The position numbers and the translations under genes were made by a program. A DNA stretch of 64,000 nucleotides from Vulcanimicrobiota bacterium (GTDB lineage: Bacteria > Vulcanimicrobiota > Vulcanimicrobiia > Vulcanimicrobiales > Vulcanimicrobiaceae), in the NCBI GenBank assembly GCA_963714015.1, contig OY970223.1, positions 320,001 to 384,000 of the forward strand. The letters are read 5' to 3'. The notes under the pieces were generated by a model. That model was not told where the DNA came from. It worked only from the letters and a program-made list of their open reading frames with translations, and did not search any database. Positions 10,911-20,879 of the stretch are shown here, one piece after another (position 1 is the stretch's first letter; each line of letters begins with the position of its first letter).

Positions 10911-11204
10911 ATGTTTCCCAGGCCACCCAAGCCACAAGTAAAGCAGGAGCGGTTTAATGCGCGCCTGTCTGAAGAGCAAAAAGCAATTCTCCAACGGGCC
11001 GCCGATCTAAAGGGTGTGTCCCTTTCTGACTTCGTTCTTGGAACCGCTCACGATGAGGCACTGCGGATTATCGAGGCACACGAGGTAATTCGGCTTTCTC
11101 AAAGAGACAGCATCGCGTTTGTAGAGGCGCTTGAAAATCCGCCTGCTGCAAGCAACAAAGTGATCGAACGATTCAATAAGGCGAGAAAACATCGAGCCAA
11201 GTGA
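10911..11204 (+). CDS. DUF1778-family (TacA/AtaR-like) RHH antitoxin
   Basis: KQERFNARLSEEQKAILQRAADLKGVSLSDFV...IRLSQRDSIAFVEALENPP; overlaps the toxin start (GTGA). Confidence 0.9.
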   Translation: MFPRPPKPQVKQERFNARLSEEQKAILQRAADLKGVSLSDFVLGTAHDEALRIIEAHEVIRLSQRDSIAFVEALENPPAASNKVIERFNKARKHRAK

Positions 11205-11737
11205 TCGTGGATCTAATCTTTGAGCCGCTCGAGGGCTATCACAATCGAGCGGCTTTTACTTGTTCCGGTGACGACGGGTTAATTCTTCAAGAATATCTTC
11301 GAAATGACGGAAGAGCACTCCGCGAACATAAGCGCAACGTCACCACGGCTTGGATAATGGTTCGAGAAAGTGATCCGCATACAATATGCGGTTTTTTCAC
11401 ACTTTGGACCGCCACTTTAGAAATAGAAGAACTTCCCAAAAACGTTCGTCGCGGTCTGCCTTTATATCGGCCGATGCCAGCCCTGAAGATTGGTCGAATG
11501 GCGGTGGACGATCGTTTCCGCGGTCAAGACTTCGGCACAATTCTCGTAGAAGAGGCGTTTTCTATATGCCTAAGACTGCGGCAATCTGTCGGTTTCGTGA
11601 CGTTACTTGTAGATGCGAAGTCCGACAGCTTAGTGGAATACTACGAGCAGTGCGGCTTTTCGCGTTTTCCCAATCGACCGCGGAGTCTCTATATAATGCA
11701 GCCAACGATGGCTCAAATAGTTGGTGGAAAGCAGTAG
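11201..11737 (+). CDS. GNAT toxin (TacT/AtaT-like)
   Basis: HNRAAFTC, GFFTL, PALKIGRMAVDDRFRGQDFG, LVDAK, YYEQCGF; directly downstream of the DUF1778 gene. Confidence 0.9.
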   Translation: MIVDLIFEPLEGYHNRAAFTCSGDDGLILQEYLRNDGRALREHKRNVTTAWIMVRESDPHTICGFFTLWTATLEIEELPKNVRRGLPLYRPMPALKIGRMAVDDRFRGQDFGTILVEEAFSICLRLRQSVGFVTLLVDAKSDSLVEYYEQCGFSRFPNRPRSLYIMQPTMAQIVGGKQ

Positions 11738-11799
11738 GGGATTTCGCGGACCGCCCGTGCTTTGGCGCTGACTAAGCCCACTACTCCAGGTAATGCCGC

Positions 11800-11890
11800 G
11801 GAAAACATTGGAGCGAAGAGGCGACCGATCCGACCGATGGCCTCGCGCTTGGCTCGGTCGCTGATGTGCGTGCAGATCGGCGACGCTAGC
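11800..11890 (-). pseudogene. Possible C-terminal remnant of a tyrosine integrase
   Basis: Translates PICTHISDRAKREAIGRIGRLF, resembling the 'IYTHxSxxxKREA' tail after the catalytic Tyr (here Cys). Short match only. Confidence 0.3.
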
Positions 11891-11899
11891 CTCGTTCGG

Positions 11900-14700
11900 T
11901 TAAATGAGCATCGCCTCGGCGACGGCCTGATCTTCGTTCCAGAGGCTACCTTCCCGCATGAGTGTCGCAACTTCATCGGGATCTAACGCCTTGCTTAATG
12001 CGGCAAGCATTTTTTCGTACTCTTGCTGCTCGGTGAATTCACGCATCGATTCCAATTCAGTCAAGCGCGCATCGGCGTAGCCCAAAATCCGCGCGCTGCG
12101 GCGTCCTTCCTCCTGCGCATGCTTCGGATCCGCCGGACGCAGCACAACTGTCGCGGCAAGATGCTGCAGGGCCCATGCGGTACCGACTTGGAGTTGCGCG
12201 TCGCGCGCCGCACCGATTGCCGCCCGGGCAGAAAGGCGCGCCTCATCGTACCGTTCGAGCGCCGTCAAATATGCCGTCATGTTGATCTGAGCGAACGCAA
12301 CACCGCGCGTCGCATTGAAAGCCCGGTGCGTAGCGAGCGCCTCGCCTGCCCATCGAAGCGCTTCGTGCGCATTCCCGCCATGGAACTCTGCTTCGGCGAG
12401 ATTTACGCAGACGTTTCCGGCCGCGCGTTCCGCTCCGACGGCTCGAAGATGGGCCAATGCCTCGGCGTGCAGCCGTCGAGCTTCGGCGAAGTCACCAACT
12501 GAATGGCGCGCGTCCGCCAGCGTCTGCAGCGCGACTCCCGTAAGCCTTCGCGCTCCCAGCGCTCGAGCTTGCGACAGGGCCGGCGCCAGCAGCGCCTCAC
12601 CGTCTTCGATCTTTCCCAGAAAGATCAGTGCGAGGGCCAGACATCGCTGCGCATACGCAATTCCCATGGGATCGTCAATCTCACGGTAGCGCGCCAGAGA
12701 CTCGTTCGCACGCCGTACGGCTTGCCGTATATTGTACAAGCGAAGCGGCGAGCTCGGCTTCGGTGAGCTCGAGTGCGGCCATCACCGGCGAGGGCGTCTG
12801 GTCGTCAGTAAGATTACGCGCGAGCTGCACCCAACTTCGTCCCTCTGCCGTCGCGAGCGACCACCACGCTTGATGCAATGCGGCCGCTAGCCGCTGGCCA
12901 AGCAAAACATTGCCTCGCGCTCCGAGCGTCCAGCTCAACGCGGTGCGGAAATTCTCCAGCTCAGGCTCCACCTCGGCGAACCACTCGCGATCGGAAGTCG
13001 TTTCCCACCTTCGCGCAAGTTTTTCGGCAAGCGCCAGAAATGTCGCTGCATGCGCCTGCGCGACTGCTGCGTCCTCTGCGTGCTCGGCAAGACGCTCCCG
13101 CGCATATTGGCGCGTGGATTCCAAGAGCCGGTAGCGCATCCCGCTTTCACCTTGCTCGGCTTGCACGAGCGACTTGTCGACGAGCGACGAGAGGAGATCC
13201 AGCAGGGCGATTTCCTCCATCTCGTTCTCGCTACACACGGTCGCGGCAGCCTGCAGGGTGAAGCCGCCGGCGAAGATCGAGAGTTTGCGGAAAAGCCCTC
13301 GTTCGGCGCCGGTGAGCAGATCGTACACTCCAATCAATCAGCGCGCGCATCGTTTGTTGTCGCGGCAACGCATTCCGATCGCCGCCGGTCAGCAAATGGA
13401 AACGCTCGTCGAGCATCTGCGCGATGTGCTTGGGCGAGAGTACTTTCACCCGCGCGGCCGCCAGTTCGATGGCCAAAGGAATCCCATCGAGCCTTCGGCA
13501 GATTTCCGCGATATGCGGGACATTCTCATCCGTCAACGCAAATCGATTGTTAACGGACAAGGCCCGATCGGTAAAAAGCAATGAGGCGCCGAATCCGAGG
13601 ACGTCCTGCGGCGACAAGGCCTGCCTTGTGGGAGGCAGATCCAGCGACGGCATGTGAAAGAGTTGTTCGCCGTCAATGTTCAACCCCTCACGGCTCGTAA
13701 CAAGAATGCGCACCTCGGGACAAGCATGCAGTATTGAAGCGGCAACGGTTCGCGCTTCTTCCATGACGTGTTCGCAGTTGTCCAAAATCAGCAGCAGCCG
13801 TTTACGTTTGAGATAGCCGATCAGCATCTCGAGTAGCGGGCTGTTCGGAGATGCTTGTACGTTCAATGCGCGCGCAATGGCACTGGTCACGAGTGATGCG
13901 TCGGAAATCGGCGCTAGTTCGGCCAACCATACACCGTCGCCCGAATCGTCCAGCAATTCTGCGCCGATCTGAATCGCACAACGCGTCTTGCCCGCTCCGC
14001 CCGTCCCAGAGAGCGTCACGAGCCGGTGATGCGCGAGCAGCGCCGTGATTTCACCCATCACCTGTTCGCGTCCGACGAACGATGTTAATTGAGACGGCAG
14101 ATTATTTGATAGATAATCCAGCGAGAGCAGCGGTGGAAATGCGTCCGGCAAATCCGGCGCTACCAGTTGATAAACGTACTCCGGTTGGGAGAGGTCCTTG
14201 AGCCGGTGGTTGCCGAGATCGCGCAAAGCGTATTGCGGCGTTTCACCTTGCAGGCATTCCGCGCATGCGCGAGAGAGCAGCACCTGTCCACCATGACCGA
14301 TTGCGAGCAGCCTCGCAACGCGATTGACGGTAGGACCGAAGTAGTCACCGCTGCGCTCGTCGCAACTTCCCCAATGCAGTGCGATGCGCACGCGCAATCC
14401 GCCGACGCCCGAAAAATCTTCGGTAATTAAGGCACGCTGAGCCTCAAGGGCGGTTGCAGTCGCTTCAGACGTACTTGCGAAGGCCGCGCAGAAAGCATCG
14501 CCCATCGTTTTAAACACGTAGCCACCGTGCGCTTCGATGACGTCGCGCATGAGCGCATCGTGGCGCGCTAATGCAAGCGCCATTGCACCAGGGGCGCTTT
14601 CCCATCGCACGGTGCTGCCTTCGATATCCGAAAACAGCAACGTCACCGTACCCGTAGGGCGAGCGGAGAATCCGCGTTCCCACCGAGCCTGCGTAGCCAT
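11900..14700 (-). CDS. Class III nucleotide cyclase + STAND (NB-ARC-like) ATPase + TPR protein; two +1 indels (~13327, ~12700)
   Basis: LLFSDIEGST, FKTMGDAFCA, DYFGPTVNRVARL (cyclase); NNLPSQLTSFVGRE, GTGGAGKT, LLILDNCEH, LDGIPLAIELAAAR; TPR tail. Three track ORFs join. Confidence 0.87.
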
Positions 14701-14788
14701 ACGACTATGCTTCGTGCTAGGGCGGTTGCCCTCCGCCGCGCGCGCAGACCGGCGGGGTCCCGTTTTGCCCTTGTCCAACCTCCTACGC

Positions 14789-16289
14789 ATGACGACCGTC
14801 GCCATTCCCGGAACGAGGCGCCGACAATGGCCGGCCAGCACGCGCGTAGGAGACGTTCGAACCGAAAACAATGTCCTACTGACTGCCTGGCTGCGGCCCG
14901 ACCCGAAGAACGCGCTGGATACGAACCGGGCGTACGAGATCGGCCGTGCTTCTATCGGTACGCGAACGTATTCAGAACGCGCCGCCCTTGTAGAGGCAAC
15001 CGCGGCCACCGAGAGCACCTTCGACGAGCTACGGAGTTATTGCGCTCGCTACGGCATTGAAACCCTCGAACAGCATTGGCGTTGCGTGGTTTTGCGCGCA
15101 CCGTTGGATCGTTCCATCGAGGCGTTCGGAGCTTCGGTCGCCATGTTCGAGGATTCGGGCGGATACCGTTTCCGTCATCGCACCGGCTCGCTGCATGCGC
15201 CGCGGGAAATTGCGGCGTTATTGCATGGCGTGTTCGGATTTCACCAGTGGCCGCGTTCGCAAAGGCTGGAATCTTTGCAACGCCACGAGACGCCGCTTAG
15301 CGCGGTCGAAACAGCGGAGCGCTATCGCTTTCCCCAGGCCACAGGGCGTGGCCAAACCATCGCTATCCTGCAATTTCGCGGCGAGTTTCGCGAAGACGAT
15401 TTCGCACGATGCATGCAGGCACAGAGAGTTTCAGTGCAACAGCCGCATGTGAAACGGCTGGACGATGCGAGCCTCGTCCATAAGGTAGAAACGGTCAAAG
15501 ACCTGGAGGCGGCGCTCGACGTTCAAATCGCCGCAGCGCTCGCACCCGATGCGCGCGTCGTGCTGTATCAAGCTCCCGACGACGAGCGCGGCTTCCTTGA
15601 CGCGCTGCGTGCAGCGATTTTCGATGAGGAAATGCGCCCCTCAATTATATCCGTCAGCTATGGATGGCCCGAGCCGCTGTGGACGCCTTGCGCACTCGAT
15701 ATTTTAAACGACTTGTTCGCTGCGGCGGCATTACTCGGCATAACCGTTTTTTGCTCATCGGGAGATCATGGCGCCGAATTGCAGCTCGATGGAAAGCCGC
15801 ACGCCGTCGCACCTGCATCGGTGCCGTTCGCGCACGCCGCTGGAGCGACGCAAATCCAGCCCGGAAACACTGAGATTGCTTGGGAACATACGGGCGGCGG
15901 ATTCAGCGAGTATTTTGAGTCTGCCCCCGTGGCAAAATCGTGCACGAGAAGTTGCCGCCGCGCTGGGTGTGGCCCCGGGACGCGGCGTGCCGGACGTTGC
16001 AGCACAAGAATCGCCAGGGTATTTGGTTTATCTCAACGGCGAGGAAATAGCCGCAGGAGGAACGAGCGCAGTCGCTCCGGTGTGGGCTGCGCTCGCTGCA
16101 CGGCTGAACGAACGGCTTTCGAAACCAATCGGCTTTTTCGCGCCGCTGCTTTATGATTCGAATCCACAACCCATGCGGGCGGTCGTCGGCGGAAGCAACG
16201 GCGTCTACAACGCGCAAGCGGGGTGGAATCCGTGCACGGGATTAGGCTGCCCCGATGGGATCGCGCTAGAGGCGCTGCTGCACCGTTAG
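14789..16289 (+). CDS. S53 (sedolisin/kumamolisin) peptidase; one +1 indel (~15920)
   Basis: Propeptide-like N-terminus; EAALDVQ, ISVSYG, SSGDHG, RGVPDVA, GGTSAVAP, GWNPCTGLG. Confidence 0.87.
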
Positions 16290-16459
16290 TTCATACACCC
16301 GAGGGCGTCGTCTTCAAACTGCTTTTGCGCCGCCTTATATTTGCCGACGACTTCTTTCAAATGCTCTTTGTCCGCGCCGGGCATGGCGGCCAATTTTTGA
16401 TGCAGCGTATCGATAGAACGCGCATGCTCGTCGAGTGCCTGTTTCGCGTCGGTTGACAT
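16286..16459 (-). CDS. 57-aa helical microprotein (below the ORF-track cutoff)
   Basis: GGAG RBS 8 nt before ATG; MSTDAKQALDEHARSIDTLHQKLAAMPGADKEHLKEVVGKYKAAQKQFEDDALGCMN; stop overlaps the S53 stop. Confidence 0.65.
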   Translation of the reverse strand: MSTDAKQALDEHARSIDTLHQKLAAMPGADKEHLKEVVGKYKAAQKQFEDDALGCMN

Positions 16460-16953
16460 GACATCTGCTCCGTTCTTGCCACTGGCGGCACGTCAGCCTT
16501 TGCCGTATCCCGCGCCTTTCCTCGTTTTTGCCGCGCGCGCGTGCCGCCCCGCTACATGTGCGCAGAGAGTTGGCGGCATGCCGCAAAAGAGGCAGCAACT
16601 CAATCCTCTAAGAGGCCCGCGCTCAAAGGGCAAGGGCACGTGAGATAATGGGCACATCCGAGCGAGGCGCCCACGGTTTCTTGTCTGGAAGCCCGTCCCG
16701 GGCTGCCCGTTCTAGAAACACGGCCGGCCTACGGATCGGCCACTAGCCACGAAAAAATCCAATCGTTATGATTATTACGCTCTCTCCAATGACGATGGTG
16801 CAATGGTGTTGATCCGTATTTGCCTCACTAGCAGATGCACGGAGATCGTATTTAATTCGAGCACACCGGAGCCATGCCAAAATCGCAAAGCGTTCAACAT
16901 AGGCGGCTCAAAGTTCGCAACGCGGTTCAAATATGGACCTTACACGAGAAAGG

Positions 16954-19779
16954 TCATGCAAGCAGCGCCGATTCCGCGGCCTTTTCTTCCGTCCACTGCG
17001 CTCCGCTTTCAAGCAAGCGAATAACTTCAGCCTCGCCCAATTTGCCGCGCGCTTTATTCATCACTGCCTCGTACTCGACAAGTTCCGGGTACTCGCGAAG
17101 CGCTTCGATCCTTCGTAGTTCCACGTCGACGTAGCCCATCAGACGGGTTGCCAGAATCAAATCTTCATTCTGACGGAACGCCGCGACCGCCGCCAGCCGC
17201 TGAAGCGCGAATAGCACATAAACGTGCGATTTCATATCGCGGACCACAGGTAAGGCGTCGCGTGCGAGTACGCGTGCGTTGTCATAGCGCCCAATTGAGG
17301 TTTGGTAAGCCGCGAGATTGCATCGGGTACGCGCCACATTCAACGTGTCGTTTTGCGTCTGGTGGCCCTTGAGCGCTTCTTCCAGCAGGGCGATTGCCGT
17401 TTGCGCATCGCCCCTGTTAAATTCAAGTTCCGCCAGATTAGCGCAGACGTTTAGCCGCGTTCGATCTGCGCCGCACTCCTTTGCCACAACGAGCGCCTCT
17501 GCGTAATACGTGCGCGCCGTTTCAAAATCGTCCGAGAACTGTCGCGCCCAAGCCAGATTATTTAGCGTCGCTGCGTACAACTTTCCGGCATCAAGCGCTT
17601 TCGCCGCAGCCGCCACCTCGTTCAGAAAGCGCTCGCCGGGTTCAATTCTGTGTTGCATGACGAGCGAGACGCCCAGAAGCCGTCTCGCATGGGCTGCTCC
17701 TAGACGATCGCCAAGCACCTGGAACTCCTCCAGCGCCCGCTGCGCCCAGGCGCCCGATTCCTTGAAGCGGTTGAACATCGTATCTAGCCGTGCTTGAGAG
17801 AGGCAGAGTTCCGCGCTTAGCGCGGGCGAGACACCGCTAGGATCGTTCAAGGCGGCCTCCGTCCATCGGCGCCCTTCCTGCGGCGCTATCCTCACCCACA
17901 CTAAAGAAAGCGCCGCTGCAAGCTGCTGCCCGAGGGGGACGTCGTTGCAAGCCGATAGCGTCCATTCGAGTGCTGTTTGCCAATTCTCCATTTCCGGCGC
18001 AGCGCGCATTAGCCAGAGCATATCGGGGGTTGATTCGTCGTCGTGCGCAAGGTCTTGCGCTAACGCGCAGTATGCCGCAGCGTGACTACGGGCGGCACTT
18101 TCGGCTTCGCCCGTTAGTTTCTCGTATGCATACGCCCGCACCGATTCCAAGAGTCGATAACGCACCCCGCCATGCGTTTGCTCTTTTTGAATAAGCGACT
18201 TATCGAGGAGCGAAAAAAACAGTGGTACTCCACTTGCCGGATCAGCCCATATGGCCACGGCGGATTCGCGGGTAAACCCCGCGCATACAGAGAGCCTTCG
18301 AAGTAGCGACCGTTCCGCTTCCGAGAGTAAATCGTAACTCCAATCGATAAGGCCGCGCATTGTCTGATGCCGCGCCAGAGCAGTGCTGTCGCCGCCTGTA
18401 AGAATCCGAAAACGATCGTCCAATTCGCGTACCAGATCTGCCGGAGCAAGAATCTTCGTCCGTGCCGCTGCAAGTTCAATCGCCAACGGAATTCCATCTA
18501 ACCGCCGGCAGATGCGAGCGACGTCGGCCGCATTTTCGTCGGTAAGTTCGAACGCCGAATCACAGGCGCGCGCGCGTTCGACAAACAGCTGCGCGGCAGC
18601 ATAATTGCCCACTTGCTGCGCGTTTGCGTCTTCGCCATTAATCGGCGTTCCCAAGGAAGGGATCCGGTAGACATGTTCGCCGGTTATATTCAAAGGCTCG
18701 CGCGTCGTTACCAAAATGCGCAATGCGCCACACCGGCGCAAAAGCGCCGATGCGAGCTGCCGCACTTCTCCGATGAGGTGCTCGCAGTTGTCGAGGATGA
18801 GCAAGCACGGTTTACTCCTGAGAAATGCGATGATGGCGTCCAAGGCTGCAACATTTCCCGGCTGGACAATCTTCAACGCGCGGACTACTGCGTCAGCCAA
18901 AGTGGAATTTGGCGCGACCGTTGCGAGTTCGACGAGCCAGACTTCTTCAACGAAAAGATCCAAAACCGCGCTTGCCGCCTCAAGGCCGGCTCGCGTCTTT
19001 CCCACGCCGCCTGTGCCGACGAGGGTTACGAGCCGACGATCGCCGAGGAGCGCAACGATCGCATTCAGCGCTTCATCCCGGCCGACGAACGCCGTGATTT
19101 GCGCCGGCAGGTTTGTGCGCGCCGCAGACGCCGACCGCTGCGACGTTGGATCCAACCCGGCGAGTGCAACGGCGGTCGCTTCTAGCAGCGCCACCAAACC
19201 GGCAAGCTCTTCCCGCTCGAACGTTTTCGATTGCCGCGTAGTCGTGAGAAAGCCGAAGAGATCGCCGCCGAGCATGATCGGAAGCGCCATCGCGCCCGGC
19301 GCGCTCGAGCCGATCGCCTTCGGATTGGTAGCGTGCGACGACGAGCGCAAGCGCACGACAAGGACATCATCAACCGCGATGCCGGGAGCAGGAAGGTCGA
19401 ACGTTGATGCCTCGGCCACGTAGATCGTTCGGCGCAGGTATACCGCGCTTCCGGCCGTATGCAAATTCCGATCGATGCTTTCAATGAGTCGGCGCAGTAA
19501 TTGTCGGACGTCATTGAATGACGTCAATTCAGCGCGAAGCGCGGCCAGCGCCGCGAGGGCCTCACGACGGCGTTTTGTAAATGCCGCTTCGACTGCACCT
19601 TCAACCCGGCGATGAATCGGCCGGAACGCCAGCGCCGCGACCAGAACGATGGCCAATTCGACGGCTGCGCCCGCAATGCGCGAGTGGTCGGCAATATTTT
19701 TCTCGACCAACCACTCCAGAGCGGCGAAGACAAGGACCACAATCGTCGTAACGATTGTGTAGGCATATTTCCTCATCAC
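16954..19779 (-). CDS. 2TM + GAF-like + STAND ATPase + TPR protein
   Basis: Two N-terminal TM helices; ALPIMLGGDLFGFL; TNLPAQITAFVGRD, GTGGVGKT, LLILDNCEH, LDGIPLAIELAAAR, IDWSYDLL; TPR repeats. Confidence 0.87.
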   Translation of the reverse strand: MMRKYAYTIVTTIVVLVFAALEWLVEKNIADHSRIAGAAVELAIVLVAALAFRPIHRRVEGAVEAAFTKRRREALAALAALRAELTSFNDVRQLLRRLIESIDRNLHTAGSAVYLRRTIYVAEASTFDLPAPGIAVDDVLVVRLRSSSHATNPKAIGSSAPGAMALPIMLGGDLFGFLTTTRQSKTFEREELAGLVALLEATAVALAGLDPTSQRSASAARTNLPAQITAFVGRDEALNAIVALLGDRRLVTLVGTGGVGKTRAGLEAASAVLDLFVEEVWLVELATVAPNSTLADAVVRALKIVQPGNVAALDAIIAFLRSKPCLLILDNCEHLIGEVRQLASALLRRCGALRILVTTREPLNITGEHVYRIPSLGTPINGEDANAQQVGNYAAAQLFVERARACDSAFELTDENAADVARICRRLDGIPLAIELAAARTKILAPADLVRELDDRFRILTGGDSTALARHQTMRGLIDWSYDLLSEAERSLLRRLSVCAGFTRESAVAIWADPASGVPLFFSLLDKSLIQKEQTHGGVRYRLLESVRAYAYEKLTGEAESAARSHAAAYCALAQDLAHDDESTPDMLWLMRAAPEMENWQTALEWTLSACNDVPLGQQLAAALSLVWVRIAPQEGRRWTEAALNDPSGVSPALSAELCLSQARLDTMFNRFKESGAWAQRALEEFQVLGDRLGAAHARRLLGVSLVMQHRIEPGERFLNEVAAAAKALDAGKLYAATLNNLAWARQFSDDFETARTYYAEALVVAKECGADRTRLNVCANLAELEFNRGDAQTAIALLEEALKGHQTQNDTLNVARTRCNLAAYQTSIGRYDNARVLARDALPVVRDMKSHVYVLFALQRLAAVAAFRQNEDLILATRLMGYVDVELRRIEALREYPELVEYEAVMNKARGKLGEAEVIRLLESGAQWTEEKAAESALLA

Positions 19780-20201
19780 CCAGTCTGAGTAGTGAAGAAG
19801 GTCTTAAAGGCCCTCCTCAGCTATGGCAGTTCACGGATACCGGCGTGACGTCGTTCGCAGCTTTGCCGCACTCCAGGCGAAGCGGCTGCGTACCGGTTTG
19901 GCGTGAACGGCACGGCATTGCAGCGATATGCACTGCTTCTGAACTGCGCGCAGAACAATTCCACGTTTTTGCGATCGCATCGCGAAACGCCCCGGCAGTG
20001 ACAACGTAGTAGGTGTTGGCATTTTAGGCGTGCGCGTCCCCCAAAGTATCACCAGATTTTCCCCCCGGTTTTGTGGAATGCAGTAAAACACACGGAACGC
20101 TGTGGAAAGCGTCCGAATGAGAAAGCCGTATTCTATCGGGATCCCTCAGGTTTTGCCGTCACGGCGGGGAACGCCGATTCCGCCAATTCAGTGAGGATTA
20201 A

Positions 20202-20241
20202 CCTTGTAAGGGAGGCGCTCTCCCAGTCGAGCTAATCGCTC
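20202..20241 (-). repeat. 5'-half copy of tRNA-Val(TAC), att-like direct repeat
   Basis: GAGCGATTAGCTCGACTGGGAGAGCGCCTCCCTTACAAGG versus tRNA GGGCGATTAGCTCGAGCTGGGAGAGCGCCTCCCTTACAAGG; similarity ends 2 nt after the anticodon loop. Confidence 0.88.
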
Positions 20242-20659
20242 GAGGCTTCATCTTACCTGCGTTTTCCGGTCTCGGCCGTGCGCCGGTAGTACTCTTGCCC
20301 TTACACTTGTCGAGCGCGCGGAGCGATACCCGGAAGAGCACAGTTAGTTTGTCTAGATCTTCAGGTTGGGCCTTTAGCGCTCTTTGCGAACGAACCCCAT
20401 TCAGGGATGGTTTCGACCGCGAGGATGCCGTTCGCTTGGCTCCGTCCAATTGCTTCCCGAGCTCTTTTACCAATTGCTTAGCGGGCCGCGTCGGATAAGT
20501 GAGCGATTTGGATGCTCTTGGCGAACTCCTTGGGATTCAATAGCTCAGAGCTATACATTCCGCGGGCCGTGCCGATGCTCGCCGCTGCAGTAGCCGTGAC
20601 GCATCCGATTGCGCCTGACCCTAAACTCACGGTTAGAGCTGTGCTCATGAATGGGGTAA

Positions 20660-20864
20660 CGTCAGCATGGAGAATGCTCGGCTATGGAGGTACGCGATGG
20701 GCATCGAAACGGCGAATTGCGCGACGATTGAAGCCCGTGTCAAGGCGGAAGAAGTTGGAACGCTTCATTTTTTGGAACCCCGGGAAAGCCACCGGTACGA
20801 TCTTGAATTCCGCATCCTGAGCGAAACCGACACGATCGCGGCGTACCTAGAACCGATCCCCTAA
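20660..20864 (+). pseudogene. C-terminal fragment of a DUF4432/aldose-epimerase-like protein
   Basis: AWRMLGYG / YAMGIETANC...GTLHFLEPRESHRYDLEFRIL; no matching N-terminus upstream. Confidence 0.45.
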
Positions 20865-20879
20865 AAGGACAGGGGTCAC

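Larger units (their letters stand above)
7636..20241. mobile_element. Putative degenerate genomic island on the 5' side of tRNA-Val
   Basis: Bounded by a ~40-bp direct repeat of the tRNA 5' half (7636-7676 and 20202-20241); accessory cargo (TA pair, STANDs, gene fragments); no intact integrase. Confidence 0.55.

Noticed and set aside
10931..10941. GCCACAAGTAA shared with 35645-35655
   Set aside because: An 11-bp match inside the antitoxin coding sequence; plausible by chance in 64 kb.
20198..20640. Short ORFs beside the tRNA fragment
   Set aside because: They overlap the att-like repeat and promoter and have no recognisable product; probably junction debris.
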